A stretch of DNA of 64,000 nucleotides from a virus: the IMG/VR virus record IMGVR_UViG_3300020048_000018, positions 64,001 through 128,000 of that record. The stretch is one strand, 5' to 3'. Below, in pieces: positions 1 through 9,380 of the stretch. Position 1 is the stretch's first letter. Each line of letters starts with the position of its first letter. The notes below the pieces were generated by a model. That model ran no database searches. It had not been told where the DNA came from and saw nothing but the letters and a program-made list of their open reading frames with translations. The translations under genes were made by a program, and so were the position numbers.

Positions 1-32
1 ACTAAAGAACGAGCAATTTTATTAGGAGATTC

Positions 33-506
33 TTGGAGATGACATTAATAACCCCTGAAAGTATAATTTTTACCGTAATAGCTGTACTGGCATTTAGTGG
101 ATGGATGTGGATTATTTTTTCACTCAAGAATATTAGAAACTCGCCCAGTCCTTTTGAGGTATTTAAGAAAAACCATTTTAATGAGATTTTTTCTAAAAAA
201 GGTACATATAGGGAAGGAACCTTTTCAGAGTTTGAGGAGTTTTACAATACCCATAAATATATTTTTAAAACTCAACCTACTTATGATGATGACGGTAATT
301 CAATATGTTTATCCTCAGATCGTTATAATGATTTCCCTCAGGTTTATATAGGGAAACATATAATAATATTTGATTATGTAAAGTTTTATTTTATTGAAAT
401 AGAAGAATTAAGAAAGTATTACTCTTGGTGGAATAACATAGAAGCTGAAACCAAAGAAAAAGAAAGACTTAGTAATCTACCCGTTCGGCTTACGGATTCT
501 TGGTAG
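33..506 (+). CDS. Hypothetical protein with N-terminal TM helix
   Basis: ORF track; hydrophobic N-terminus IIFTVIAVLAFSGWMWIIFSL; GGAG upstream of start. Confidence 0.6.
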   Translation: MEMTLITPESIIFTVIAVLAFSGWMWIIFSLKNIRNSPSPFEVFKKNHFNEIFSKKGTYREGTFSEFEEFYNTHKYIFKTQPTYDDDGNSICLSSDRYNDFPQVYIGKHIIIFDYVKFYFIEIEELRKYYSWWNNIEAETKEKERLSNLPVRLTDSW

Positions 507-516
507 AAACTTTAAG

Positions 517-549
517 ATAAAAGATGCCATTGGGGATAGAATGAAATAG
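517..549 (+). pseudogene. Decayed duplicate of the first 10 codons of the Thg1 gene
   Basis: ATA AAA GAT GCC ATT GGG GAT AGA ATG AAA TAG (IKDAIGDRMK*) versus Thg1 start ATG AAA GAT GCA CTT GGG GAT AGA ATG AAA TCA (MKDALGDRMKS) at 1516. Confidence 0.8.
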
Positions 550-561
550 AAAGACCAAAAG

Positions 562-594
562 GTTAGGGTATGAAAGCTTAGTTAGGGTATGAAA
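562..594 (+). repeat. 14-bp direct repeat GTTAGGGTATGAAA x2 upstream of the endonuclease
   Basis: Copies at 562-575 and 581-594. Confidence 0.8.
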
Positions 595-622
595 CCTTTC
601 AAGGACTGTATACTAATTAGGT

Positions 623-1513
623 ATGAAGAAATATTATTTGTACCAAATCACAAACCTAATTAATGGAAAAATTTATATCGGAGTTCATCAGACAGAGAAT
701 TTGGAAGATGGTTACATGGGATCGGGTTCTTACTTAAAAAGGTCTATTAAAAAAAATGGAAAGGATAATTTTAAAAAAATAATCTTAAAGTTTTTTGATA
801 ATGAAAAAGAAATGTACCTTTCAGAAGCAGAGATTGTAACCCCAGAGTTTATAGAGAAAGAAACTAATTATAATCTTAAAGAAGGGGGTTCTGGTGGAAC
901 TCTCCCTTGTGAAGAACTTAGGTTACTGTATAGAAAACAACGAGCTAGGGAACGTGAACAAGGCATAGGTATTTTTAGTGAAGAATCTAAGGCTAAAATT
1001 AAACTCTATAGAGATTCAGAAAAAGGTAAAGATAATATTTTAAGATCAGGTTTATTGGGTTGCAATGAGGCTAATAGTAAAAAGAGACTAACAACCCTAT
1101 TTGAAAAAAATTACTTTGGTGCAGGGAGTTCTCCAAACAATGGTTCTATTTGTATTACAAATGGTACAATAAACAAAATGATTAAAAAAGATTGTCAAAT
1201 CCCAGAATCATTTAAACAAGGAATGACCCGAGTTTCTAAAAATGCTAAGGTTCATTACGGATCGGAAACAAATAATTTTGGTAAAACTTGGTATACTAAT
1301 GGAATAGAAAATTTGTTTTTAAAACCTGATGAATCAGTTCCAGATTTGTTTCACAAAGGAAGAACACAGAAGTCTAAGACTTATTATGGTAAAGAAAATT
1401 GTAATTTTGGTAAGTCTTGGTATACAAATGGAACAGACAACTTGCTTTTAAAACAGGAAGAACCTGTACCCAATGGATTTTATAAGGGAAGAACACTAAT
1501 CAAAAAGGAATAA
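623..1513 (+). mobile_element. Free-standing GIY-YIG homing endonuclease (Seg-like)
   Basis: YYLYQITNLINGKIYIGVH..Y.GSG, E and N catalytic-type residues (EAEIV, YNLKEGG); C-terminal repeated GK(T/S)WYTNG..N..LK..E.VP..F.KGR DNA-binding-type modules. Confidence 0.9.
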
Positions 1514-1515
1514 AA

Positions 1516-2328
1516 ATGAAAGATGCACTTGGGGATAGAATGAAATCAAACTATGAGTCTTGTACTCGAACTTTTCTTCCTAGAAGGAATTATACCCTTA
1601 TTAGGGTCGATGGTCGAGCCTTTCATACACTGACCAGAACAATGGAAAAACCTTTTGACCAAGGATTTATTTGCGCCATGAACGCCACGGCAGAATATCT
1701 TTGTCAGAATATTATGGGTGCTCAGTTTGCATTTACTCAGTCTGATGAAATCTCAGTTCTTGTTACAGACTTTGCAAGAATAGGAACTGAGGCTTGGTAT
1801 GGAAACAACTTGCAGAAAATGTGTAGTGTAAGTGCAGGACTGGCTACTGAGGCTTTTAACAAATCCCGTATTCTAAATTTTATAAAATCTTTCAACTGGA
1901 ATAACTCCCTTTATAACGAATATAGTAAGTCGGAAGAACTTTTAAACTCTCTTGAACATTATATTTCTTGGGGAGTATTTGATTCAAGAGTTTTTCAGAT
2001 TCCACAGCGAACCGAAGTTATCAATTATTTCAGATGGAGACAACAGGACACCGTAAGGAATAGTATTTCATCTGTTGCACACAGCCTTTATTCTCAGAAA
2101 GAACTTCAAGGTAAAAACAGTAGTCAACTTCAGGAGCTTATTTTTCAGAAGGGTACTAACTGGAATGAACTTGATGCAGGATTGAAACGTGGAAGGGTTA
2201 CAGTTAAAACTAGTGATGGAAGGGGATTCCTTACTCACGGTGCTCCAGACTTTATAAAAGAAGATGGGATTTCATTCATGTCGGAGAAAGTTTTAGTGAA
2301 TGAAATTACCTTCGATGACAAGATTTGA
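1516..2328 (+). CDS. thg1: tRNA(His) guanylyltransferase Thg1-like (3'-5' polymerase)
   Basis: LGDRMKSNYE, IRVDGRAFH, FTQSDEIS, FDSRVF, WRQQDTVRNS motifs. Confidence 0.93.
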   Translation: MKDALGDRMKSNYESCTRTFLPRRNYTLIRVDGRAFHTLTRTMEKPFDQGFICAMNATAEYLCQNIMGAQFAFTQSDEISVLVTDFARIGTEAWYGNNLQKMCSVSAGLATEAFNKSRILNFIKSFNWNNSLYNEYSKSEELLNSLEHYISWGVFDSRVFQIPQRTEVINYFRWRQQDTVRNSISSVAHSLYSQKELQGKNSSQLQELIFQKGTNWNELDAGLKRGRVTVKTSDGRGFLTHGAPDFIKEDGISFMSEKVLVNEITFDDKI

Positions 2329-2361
2329 GACTTTCATAAGTTTAGAACTAAATATAATACT

Positions 2362-3552
2362 ATGGAGTTCAAAATGGAGATAGACAAAAAAACAATTCTT
2401 TTAGTTGAAGATGAAGAATTGATAGCAATAGATAGAAAGCTTAATTTAGAAAAATATAATTTTAAGGTTGTTCATGCCAGCAACGGAGAACAAGCCTTAG
2501 AATTATTTAACACTGAAGAGAACATTTCTTTAGTTCTCATGGACATTGACCTTGGATGCTGTCCCGATGGTATAATGATAGCAAAAAATATCTTAAGTAT
2601 TAAGTATCTCCCCATAATATTTCTTTCAAATAAGAATGAGTCAGAATTAATATTAGAGATTGAATCTATAAACTCTTTTGGATACCTTAGTAAAACTTGT
2701 GACACCAAGGTGTTAGTTTCAGTTATGAATACTGCACTTAAACATTTTGAGTATTTTACGAAAGTTGAAGAAGGTGAGTCTAAATTAAAAGTAATGATAG
2801 CAAACATTGCGGATGTAATAGCAATTGTAACTCCTGAGGGAAGGGTACTCTATAAAAGTGAAAATATTAAAGAATCTTTCGGATATGAACCTATGGATTT
2901 TGGTGTTCACCTCACAGATACAAAAAATGCATGGGATTTGATTCATCCCAGTGATATAAGTATTATTCAAGTTCTTAGGAACAGACTTGTACAAAAAGAT
3001 AATATTTCATTAAAAGCAGATTTACGACTTTTATGTAAAAATGGTTCATATAAAAACATAAAACTTACTGCAACAAGCTTGCTAAACAATCCAAGCATAA
3101 AAGGGATATTATTAAGCTTTCATGATGTAACCGAAAAATCAAAAATTGAAAATGATATAACAGAAGCTAAATTATTATTTCATTCGGTAATTGATAGTAT
3201 ACCTCAAAACCTGTATGTTAAGGACCGTGAAGGAAGATTTATTCATGCTAATATTAATTACTGTAAACTTCAAGAGAAAACATTAAAAGAAATAATTGGT
3301 ATGACTGATTTTGATATGCACTCTAAAGAATTAGCGGAAAAATATTTAATGGATGATCAGCTTGTTATTGAGTCAGGGGTTATCCTTGAACTAGAAGAGT
3401 CTCATGAGGTTAATGGTACTCTCGAAACTGTACATGTAATAAAATCTCCCCTGCATGATCATAGAATGAGAACAGTAGGAACTATAGGTATTTTTTGGAA
3501 ATTGGATGGTATTCCTAAAAAAATTAAAAGGAAACCCAGAAAAAAACTTTAA
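2362..3552 (+). CDS. Response-regulator receiver + two PAS domains, no output domain
   Basis: ILLVEDE, LVLMDIDLG (phospho-Asp), PIIFLS, GYLSK; PAS-like IHPSD and YVKDREGRFIHAN...IIGMTDFD. Confidence 0.85.
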   Translation: MEFKMEIDKKTILLVEDEELIAIDRKLNLEKYNFKVVHASNGEQALELFNTEENISLVLMDIDLGCCPDGIMIAKNILSIKYLPIIFLSNKNESELILEIESINSFGYLSKTCDTKVLVSVMNTALKHFEYFTKVEEGESKLKVMIANIADVIAIVTPEGRVLYKSENIKESFGYEPMDFGVHLTDTKNAWDLIHPSDISIIQVLRNRLVQKDNISLKADLRLLCKNGSYKNIKLTATSLLNNPSIKGILLSFHDVTEKSKIENDITEAKLLFHSVIDSIPQNLYVKDREGRFIHANINYCKLQEKTLKEIIGMTDFDMHSKELAEKYLMDDQLVIESGVILELEESHEVNGTLETVHVIKSPLHDHRMRTVGTIGIFWKLDGIPKKIKRKPRKKL

Positions 3553-3556
3553 GATT

Positions 3557-3600
3557 AAAGTTTTGAACTTTTCCTGAAATTCCTATATATTATATATGTA
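3557..3600 (+). promoter_or_regulatory. Class I repeated promoter (TTGAAC-17-TATATT)
   Basis: AAAGTTTTGAACTTTTCCTGAAATTCCTATATATTATATATGTA directly upstream of pncB; one of 10 copies. Confidence 0.8.
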
Positions 3601-3624
3601 TGTTAAAACCAAGGAGTTTCTCAA

Positions 3625-4791
3625 ATGCAACACATAATTAAGTCTCTTATCGATAATGACCTTTATAAATTTAGCATGGCACAGGCAGTTCTTCATCAAT
3701 ATCCGGGTGCTTTGGTTGAATATTCCTTCAAGTGCCGAAACAAAGAACAGTTTTCAAAAAAGATGTTCAAGGAAATCCTAAAGGAGATTGACCATCTTTG
3801 TGCCTTGAAACTTACTCCAGAGGAACTTTCCTACCTTGGAACAATTAGATTCCTTAAAAAGGATTTTATTGATTTTCTCTCCCTATTGAAATTAAACCGT
3901 GACCACATTGTAATAACCCTTTCGGATGAAGGTCAACTCAGTATAAAGATTAAGGGTAGCTGGCTCCTCACCATCTTTTTCGAAATACCCGTCCTGTCAA
4001 TTGTCAATGAGGTCTATTTCAAAAATCTTGGAGTAAAACCAGACTATAAAGTGGCTATGGAACGTCTGTATGAAAAAATAGCCATAGCAAAAGTATCCAA
4101 GTTCAAGTTTTCTGAATTTGGAGGTAGGCGTCGATACAGCAGGGATTGGCAAGAACAGGTAATAGCAGAATTGGTTAAGCAGAAAGATGAAATTAATTTC
4201 ACTGGAACTTCCAATGTTTACTTTGCCATGAAGTTTGGTATTAAACCAATTGGTACAGTTGCTCATGAGTTTATTATGGCTCATCAACAACTCGGTCCAA
4301 GGCTCATTGATTCTCAAAGTGCCGCCCTTCAATCTTGGGTATCTGAATATCGTGGAGACAATGGTACCTTTCTTACGGACGTAATTTCCACTGACTCGTT
4401 CCTGAAAGACTTTGACCTGTATTTTGCAAAACTCTATGATGGACTTCGACATGATTCAGGAGACCCTATTGTATGGGCTAACAAATGTATCGCCCATTAT
4501 GAAAGCCTTAAAATAAACCCCATGACTAAGACCTTGATCTTCAGTGATGGTTTGGATTTCACCAAGGCTTCATATATCAATGAGGTATTAAAAGGACGAA
4601 TCAATGTAGCCATGGGAGTAGGAACGAACTTAACGAATGATTTTCCTGATATCAAAGCTCTTAATATTGTTCTCAAAATGACTGAGTGCAATGGGCGACC
4701 GGTGGCAAAGATTAGTGACACCCCGGGTAAGGGAATGTGCGAAAATCAAGACTTCATTGATTATCTTAAAAGCGTGTATGAATTAAAGTGA
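3625..4791 (+). CDS. pncB: Nicotinate phosphoribosyltransferase
   Basis: SLIDNDLYKFSM, SEFGGRRR, GTSNV, PIGTVAHE (phospho-His), GLRHDSGDP, FSDGLD, GVGTNLTND, VAKISDTPGK: PncB-type rather than NAMPT. Confidence 0.93.
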   Translation: MQHIIKSLIDNDLYKFSMAQAVLHQYPGALVEYSFKCRNKEQFSKKMFKEILKEIDHLCALKLTPEELSYLGTIRFLKKDFIDFLSLLKLNRDHIVITLSDEGQLSIKIKGSWLLTIFFEIPVLSIVNEVYFKNLGVKPDYKVAMERLYEKIAIAKVSKFKFSEFGGRRRYSRDWQEQVIAELVKQKDEINFTGTSNVYFAMKFGIKPIGTVAHEFIMAHQQLGPRLIDSQSAALQSWVSEYRGDNGTFLTDVISTDSFLKDFDLYFAKLYDGLRHDSGDPIVWANKCIAHYESLKINPMTKTLIFSDGLDFTKASYINEVLKGRINVAMGVGTNLTNDFPDIKALNIVLKMTECNGRPVAKISDTPGKGMCENQDFIDYLKSVYELK

Positions 4792-4803
4792 AAGGATGTT
4801 AAT

Positions 4804-5136
4804 ATGTCTCTTAAAGAAGAAATAAGCTATACTGTTAAAGGTATTAGTATTGTATTTTTAATTTTTTTCTCCGTGGTAGGTTTTTTAACCTTTTGTTTTA
4901 AGCCCTACCTTATAGATAAATCCATCTATTTTTATGTAGAAAGTAAAACCTCCCTTACCTCAACATCAACAAGGGAGGATTCGGTATCCTTAAGTTCTGT
5001 ACCTTATACAAAATACCTTATGAAGGTAAGAGGGTATATTAATGAAAGAACAATTTGGTCTCCCGTACTCTTTGAGAAAGAGGTTTCAAAAGAGGAATTC
5101 GATAAATACGAAATTAATGACCACTATAGCCGGTAA
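4804..5136 (+). CDS. Hypothetical membrane-anchored protein
   Basis: ORF track; N-terminal hydrophobic helix. Confidence 0.55.
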   Translation: MSLKEEISYTVKGISIVFLIFFSVVGFLTFCFKPYLIDKSIYFYVESKTSLTSTSTREDSVSLSSVPYTKYLMKVRGYINERTIWSPVLFEKEVSKEEFDKYEINDHYSR

Positions 5137-5141
5137 AATAA

Positions 5142-5402
5142 ATGAAAAGATCAAGACAATATAGACGAAACAAAAGGTCAAATCTTATTAAAAGAGCTTG
5201 TAAGATTTTTAAAAACTCAAACTACTCTAGCTCCTCAGATGAAGAAGTTTTAGCTAAAGCAACAAAGGAATTTGATACTTTAACCAGAGGTCACTGTGAA
5301 TGTTGCTGTAATGTAAGAAAATCAGAAATGAATAAGCATCGAAGATTTGCTAAACTTTCCCGTCAGGAACAAAAAGCAATAATTGTAGACAAAGAAGATT
5401 AA
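5142..5402 (+). CDS. Small basic hypothetical protein (HCECCC motif)
   Basis: ORF track. Confidence 0.55.
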   Translation: MKRSRQYRRNKRSNLIKRACKIFKNSNYSSSSDEEVLAKATKEFDTLTRGHCECCCNVRKSEMNKHRRFAKLSRQEQKAIIVDKED

Positions 5403-5413
5403 AGGAAAATATT

Positions 5414-5962
5414 ATGCTATCAAAAGATATTTACCCGCCAATTTCCTCCTGTAGTAAAATACACGAACATGAAGAACTATTCGTTCCAGAATACACAAAG
5501 TCCCCCTTGTTCAAAGCAATGGAAGAAACTGGAGATTTTTTAGTGAGAAAAGCACCTTCAAGTAAAGATATATACAAGATGTCCATGCCGGAAAAATTAC
5601 AAGCCTACTTAGATAGAGGGGACTTAGCTACCGTGAAACGTCTTCAGGGTATAATAGAGGGTCTACATTCCCATGACATAGAAGAAGAAATACTCAAACC
5701 TACGGAACCCCTAAAAGTAGAATCCTGTACTATTCCTGAAAACTTAAAAAATGCCTATGATACCATGGAAAGTAATGAAAAGTTTAAGGAATCCATCAAA
5801 AGCCTTGTTGATGAACTAGTTTCGGATGAAATGAGATCTCATTCTTACGCAGATAAATCCCATGAACTCGTTTTCCAAATTTACCGGCTCTTCATTGGCT
5901 ATGATTCAGCATTAAGGGAACTTTCGGGATTAAAGGTTCTAATTCAAAAAGAATTAACCTAA
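5414..5962 (+). CDS. Hypothetical protein
   Basis: ORF track; AAGGA RBS. Confidence 0.6.
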   Translation: MLSKDIYPPISSCSKIHEHEELFVPEYTKSPLFKAMEETGDFLVRKAPSSKDIYKMSMPEKLQAYLDRGDLATVKRLQGIIEGLHSHDIEEEILKPTEPLKVESCTIPENLKNAYDTMESNEKFKESIKSLVDELVSDEMRSHSYADKSHELVFQIYRLFIGYDSALRELSGLKVLIQKELT

Positions 5963-6004
5963 AAGTTTTGAACTTTTCTTTAATACCCTATATATTATAT
6001 ATGT
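5961..6004 (+). promoter_or_regulatory. Class I repeated promoter
   Basis: AAAAGTTTTGAACTTTTCTTTAATACCCTATATATTATATATGT. Confidence 0.8.
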
Positions 6005-6022
6005 AAGTTTGAGGAGAATAAA

Positions 6023-6166
6023 ATGAGTTCATTTGAGTGGCATTTTGAGCATGGGATATTAGGTAAGGTTTTGATACTCTCAGGAAGAGCTATTGTCTTT
6101 CTTACCTTTGCCTTTGCAGGATGGAAAATCCTTGAAGTTATTTACATCGTATCACAAAGACATTAA
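6023..6166 (+). CDS. 47-aa single-TM peptide (not in ORF track)
   Basis: GAGGAG RBS; MSSFEWHFEHGILGKVLILSGRAIVFLTFAFAGWKILEVIYIVSQRH; first ORF after promoter. Confidence 0.6.
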   Translation: MSSFEWHFEHGILGKVLILSGRAIVFLTFAFAGWKILEVIYIVSQRH

Positions 6167-6175
6167 GAGGTTTTT

Positions 6176-6415
6176 ATGTATCGAAACATGCATGATTCGG
6201 ATGATGATATCCGACACGATCAACTTAAAGATTTAAGATCCTTTAAGAGTATTTCCGATTTGGAAAAAGAGGATATTCCTGAAGAAGATGACGACAAAAC
6301 TACTGAGTGCGAAAGTGAATTGCACCATCACATTACAACCAACGAGAAGACTAAAAGTTTTTTCGTAAATGATATGGATTACAACAGGAGAACATTGGAT
6401 GTCAGGACAAACTAG
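6176..6415 (+). CDS. Acidic hypothetical protein
   Basis: ORF track; GAGG RBS. Confidence 0.55.
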   Translation: MYRNMHDSDDDIRHDQLKDLRSFKSISDLEKEDIPEEDDDKTTECESELHHHITTNEKTKSFFVNDMDYNRRTLDVRTN

Positions 6416-6623
6416 CGAAGCAATCAGTTACGCAACTTCCGCAATAGCTATCTCAGCTATCAACCCAGCCTCAGACAATGAAGAGCTATTTCGTGAAGAC
6501 CTAAACTTCGCAGTAGTTGGATTTATACAGAATCTTTTTGATTCTGTTTCCTCAAAGTATGGGAAGCTGAAACTTTCCGACATTGTAGATGAACTGGATA
6601 AGTTTGCGAAGGTCTGTGAATGA
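6399..6623 (+). CDS. Hypothetical protein
   Basis: ORF track 6369..6623; start moved to ATG 6399 after AGGAG. Confidence 0.55.
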   Translation: MSGQTSEAISYATSAIAISAINPASDNEELFREDLNFAVVGFIQNLFDSVSSKYGKLKLSDIVDELDKFAKVCE

Positions 6624-6865
6624 AACTCAAAAACACTCTCCTGCAAGAGGTTCTTGTAGACATCCTCTTAAAATCTGCAAATGCTTCAGTAAAGGATATC
6701 CTTGTTACCAGTGACCCTTCTGCTCAGTATTATGAATCTGAAAAGTTTTATGACCTGACAGACTCCATTCTCGATATTATTCGAGGTGTTGTAGAGGGTG
6801 TTTGTAAAGCAGATAATTCTTTTGATTACAATCAAACTATTTTGGCAATTAAAGAACAACTCTAA
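6620..6865 (+). CDS. Hypothetical protein
   Basis: ORF track; overlaps upstream stop. Confidence 0.55.
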   Translation: MKLKNTLLQEVLVDILLKSANASVKDILVTSDPSAQYYESEKFYDLTDSILDIIRGVVEGVCKADNSFDYNQTILAIKEQL

Positions 6866-6900
6866 CTACTACTCTTGCTCTACTTTAAGAAGGAGATTCT

Positions 6901-7104
6901 ATGTGTACACCAAGACTCTACACCTTTGTAAATGAAACCCATCTTTTCAATTTCTTTATGGATAACTTGAAATATGTTTCTCTTTCTAAGGATTTTGAGT
7001 GTTTTGGATTAAGGTCAAGTGACTGCAAAAAACTGTACATACAAGTAGTTTCAAATTGGAAAGAAGAGCGAGAGTGTTTTAATGAAATGAAAGTCTTCAT
7101 GTGA
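6901..7104 (+). CDS. Hypothetical protein
   Basis: ORF track; AAGGAG RBS. Confidence 0.55.
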   Translation: MCTPRLYTFVNETHLFNFFMDNLKYVSLSKDFECFGLRSSDCKKLYIQVVSNWKEERECFNEMKVFM

Positions 7105-7116
7105 AAAGGAACTTAA

Positions 7117-7536
7117 ATGTCTGTTGTAATATTTACAGGAAATACAAATACTCCTCTCAATGAAATGAATCCTTTATGGTTAGAAAGCATCACAAGAAAG
7201 AATGGAAAAATAGTTTCAGGTCGTGTTATTAATGGTCACTGGGACTTAAAGGTAACTGATACTGAATGGCAAGCAGGTGGCTTTAGCTCAAATAGTAAGT
7301 ACTGTACCGTCACCTCATCAAAGATACCTGAAGAAATAATTGAAGTTTCGGTTACTTGGGAATGGGGAGACTATGATAATTATAATGAAGTAATCTATAC
7401 GGCTATGAAAATTGCGGGTAATCCAGAAAAACTTATAGCGAACGAAATCTTGGCAGTTCAACAACAAAAAGATTATAAGAAACTTAAAAAACTTGAAAAG
7501 ATTGTAGAAAAAGAATACTGTAATATTCCGTTTTAA
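7117..7536 (+). CDS. Hypothetical protein
   Basis: ORF track; AAAGGA RBS. Confidence 0.6.
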   Translation: MSVVIFTGNTNTPLNEMNPLWLESITRKNGKIVSGRVINGHWDLKVTDTEWQAGGFSSNSKYCTVTSSKIPEEIIEVSVTWEWGDYDNYNEVIYTAMKIAGNPEKLIANEILAVQQQKDYKKLKKLEKIVEKEYCNIPF

Positions 7537-7559
7537 AAAATTTTTGTTAATATAGTTTC

Positions 7560-8039
7560 ATGACCCAAATGAAACTAACTCGTGAGAGTGACAAGTGTTA
7601 TGCTGTAATATTAAATGACGAAAAGATTGGAACCGCAGAAAAGTTAAATGGCTTTTTTGTAAATTTTTTATTCTTCAACCTAATTAATATCATATCAGTA
7701 TCCTCCTTCGATGACAATTTAGAAAAAGAATTGCCTGAAATGTTTTGTAGGCTCTCTGAAACAATTGAGGGCTTTTCCAGACAAGTTTTTAATGTAGAAA
7801 AAGTTTTTGATACTTTCTTTATCACTTACAACAATGATATAGAATTGTGTTCTATGAATTATATCAAGAAGTCTTTTCAATTTAATTTCAATCTACCTCA
7901 AAGTATTAAAGAAGCTTCTTACAAATTTGTGGAAGATAAACTTCTATATAAAATAATAACAGAGGAACTTGTCTGTTCTGTTTTTTCAGAGCTAATGAAC
8001 ATCTTATATAGTTGGATGCTAACCGAGAAATCTAAGTAG
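7560..8039 (+). CDS. Hypothetical protein
   Basis: ORF track; preceded by TGTTAATAT motif at 7545. Confidence 0.55.
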   Translation: MTQMKLTRESDKCYAVILNDEKIGTAEKLNGFFVNFLFFNLINIISVSSFDDNLEKELPEMFCRLSETIEGFSRQVFNVEKVFDTFFITYNNDIELCSMNYIKKSFQFNFNLPQSIKEASYKFVEDKLLYKIITEELVCSVFSELMNILYSWMLTEKSK

Positions 8040-8143
8040 GTAACACTACTGAAAATATAAGTTTCTTATTTTACTATTCTAAAAATAAGTGGTGGGAAGT
8101 AGGGGTCTTTTAAAAACCCTAATTCAATTATAGGAGGTCTTGT

Positions 8144-9346
8144 ATGGCAAGATCAATGGCTGTGGTAAACACAATAGCAAATGTGGAGAGTATTCCAGAA
8201 AAAGACAGAATCGTTCTTTATGGATTTTCGGAAAATGATTGGAAAATTATCGATGGAAAGGATACCTATAAAGTAGGTGACTTGGTAGTGAGAATTGAGG
8301 TTGATTCGCTTTTACCGGTTAGGGAAGAATTTGAGTTCCTAAGAAGTAAATGCTATACATCTAAGTTTGATCGGTTCAGAATTAAAGCTTTAAAACTGGG
8401 TGGCGTAGTATCGCAGGGACTACTTCTTAACTTGAGTATACTTCCGAAAGGAAAATATAAATCAGGGGACGATGTTACTGAGTTACTGGATATCCTTAAG
8501 ATGGAGGATGCAGAAGATGCTTCTCCAAAAGCCAATGGAACATCAAAACTCCAAACGCCTTTCATTAAGTTTTTAATGGATCACAAGTTGACTAGGAAAT
8601 TAGGAAAACTTTTAATTAAGTTTAAGCTGAGAAATCATATCAGTGGCAATTTCCCTTCGAGTACTATTTCAAAAACCGATGAAACCATTCTACAGAATTA
8701 CAAGGGTCTTTTAACCAAACATGCTAAGGATGGTTCGTATATCACCCTGAAGTGTGAGGGACAGAGTAGCACCTTTCTGTACAAAATGAAAAAGAAAAAG
8801 CCTTTTGCTTTTTTTGCATGTTCAAGAAACATTGCGTATCCAAAAGATAACGATAATAATTTCTGGAAAATGGCTAAGAAGTATAAGCTGGACGAAAAAC
8901 TTAGAAAGTATTTTAAGGATACGGGAAAAGTATTAGCAATCCAGTGTGAGGTAATCGGACCGGGTGTGCAGGAAAATATCTATAAACTTAAAGAACTTGA
9001 GATAAGGATGTTTACTGCGAAAGATATCACAAACGATATTCTTTTAACTTATTCCGAACTTATTGACTTACGAGATAACTATGATATTCCGATGGTTCCT
9101 GTTTTAACTACAGGAATTCTTGAAGATATTCTTCCTGATCTCGAAACTGCTTTAAGACTTTCATTTATCAAAAAGAATGATTTAAGTCATCTTGACGAAA
9201 GATTCAGAGAATCCCTTAAAAAGGAAACTTGGATACCTGAGGATGTACTTAATGAAGGAATGGTTATCAGGGGGCTTAACAATGAATTCTCATTCAAGGT
9301 AAGAAATCCGCAATATGTCTTTGGTGGAATTACAGCTAAATACTAA
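8144..9346 (+). CDS. RNA ligase, DRB0094/Rnl2-like family
   Basis: N-terminal OB-like module (YKVGDLVVRIE.DSLLP..EEFEFL, IKALKLGGVVSQGL); motif I ITLKCEGQS; IQCEVIGPGVQEN.Y; NEGMVIR; SFKVRN. Confidence 0.85.
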   Translation: MARSMAVVNTIANVESIPEKDRIVLYGFSENDWKIIDGKDTYKVGDLVVRIEVDSLLPVREEFEFLRSKCYTSKFDRFRIKALKLGGVVSQGLLLNLSILPKGKYKSGDDVTELLDILKMEDAEDASPKANGTSKLQTPFIKFLMDHKLTRKLGKLLIKFKLRNHISGNFPSSTISKTDETILQNYKGLLTKHAKDGSYITLKCEGQSSTFLYKMKKKKPFAFFACSRNIAYPKDNDNNFWKMAKKYKLDEKLRKYFKDTGKVLAIQCEVIGPGVQENIYKLKELEIRMFTAKDITNDILLTYSELIDLRDNYDIPMVPVLTTGILEDILPDLETALRLSFIKKNDLSHLDERFRESLKKETWIPEDVLNEGMVIRGLNNEFSFKVRNPQYVFGGITAKY

Positions 9347-9350
9347 AAAG

Positions 9351-9376
9351 AAAGTTCAGCGAAAGCTGAACTTTTT
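9351..9376. terminator. Bidirectional intrinsic terminator
   Basis: AAAGTTCAGC-GAAA-GCTGAACTTTTT between convergent genes. Confidence 0.85.
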
Positions 9377-9380
9377 AGTT

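Noticed and set aside
550-1515. Group I intron in thg1 carrying the GIY-YIG gene
   Set aside because: The upstream exon-like piece lacks a start codon and ends in a stop; the downstream thg1 is complete by itself; and there is too little non-coding sequence for a ribozyme core.
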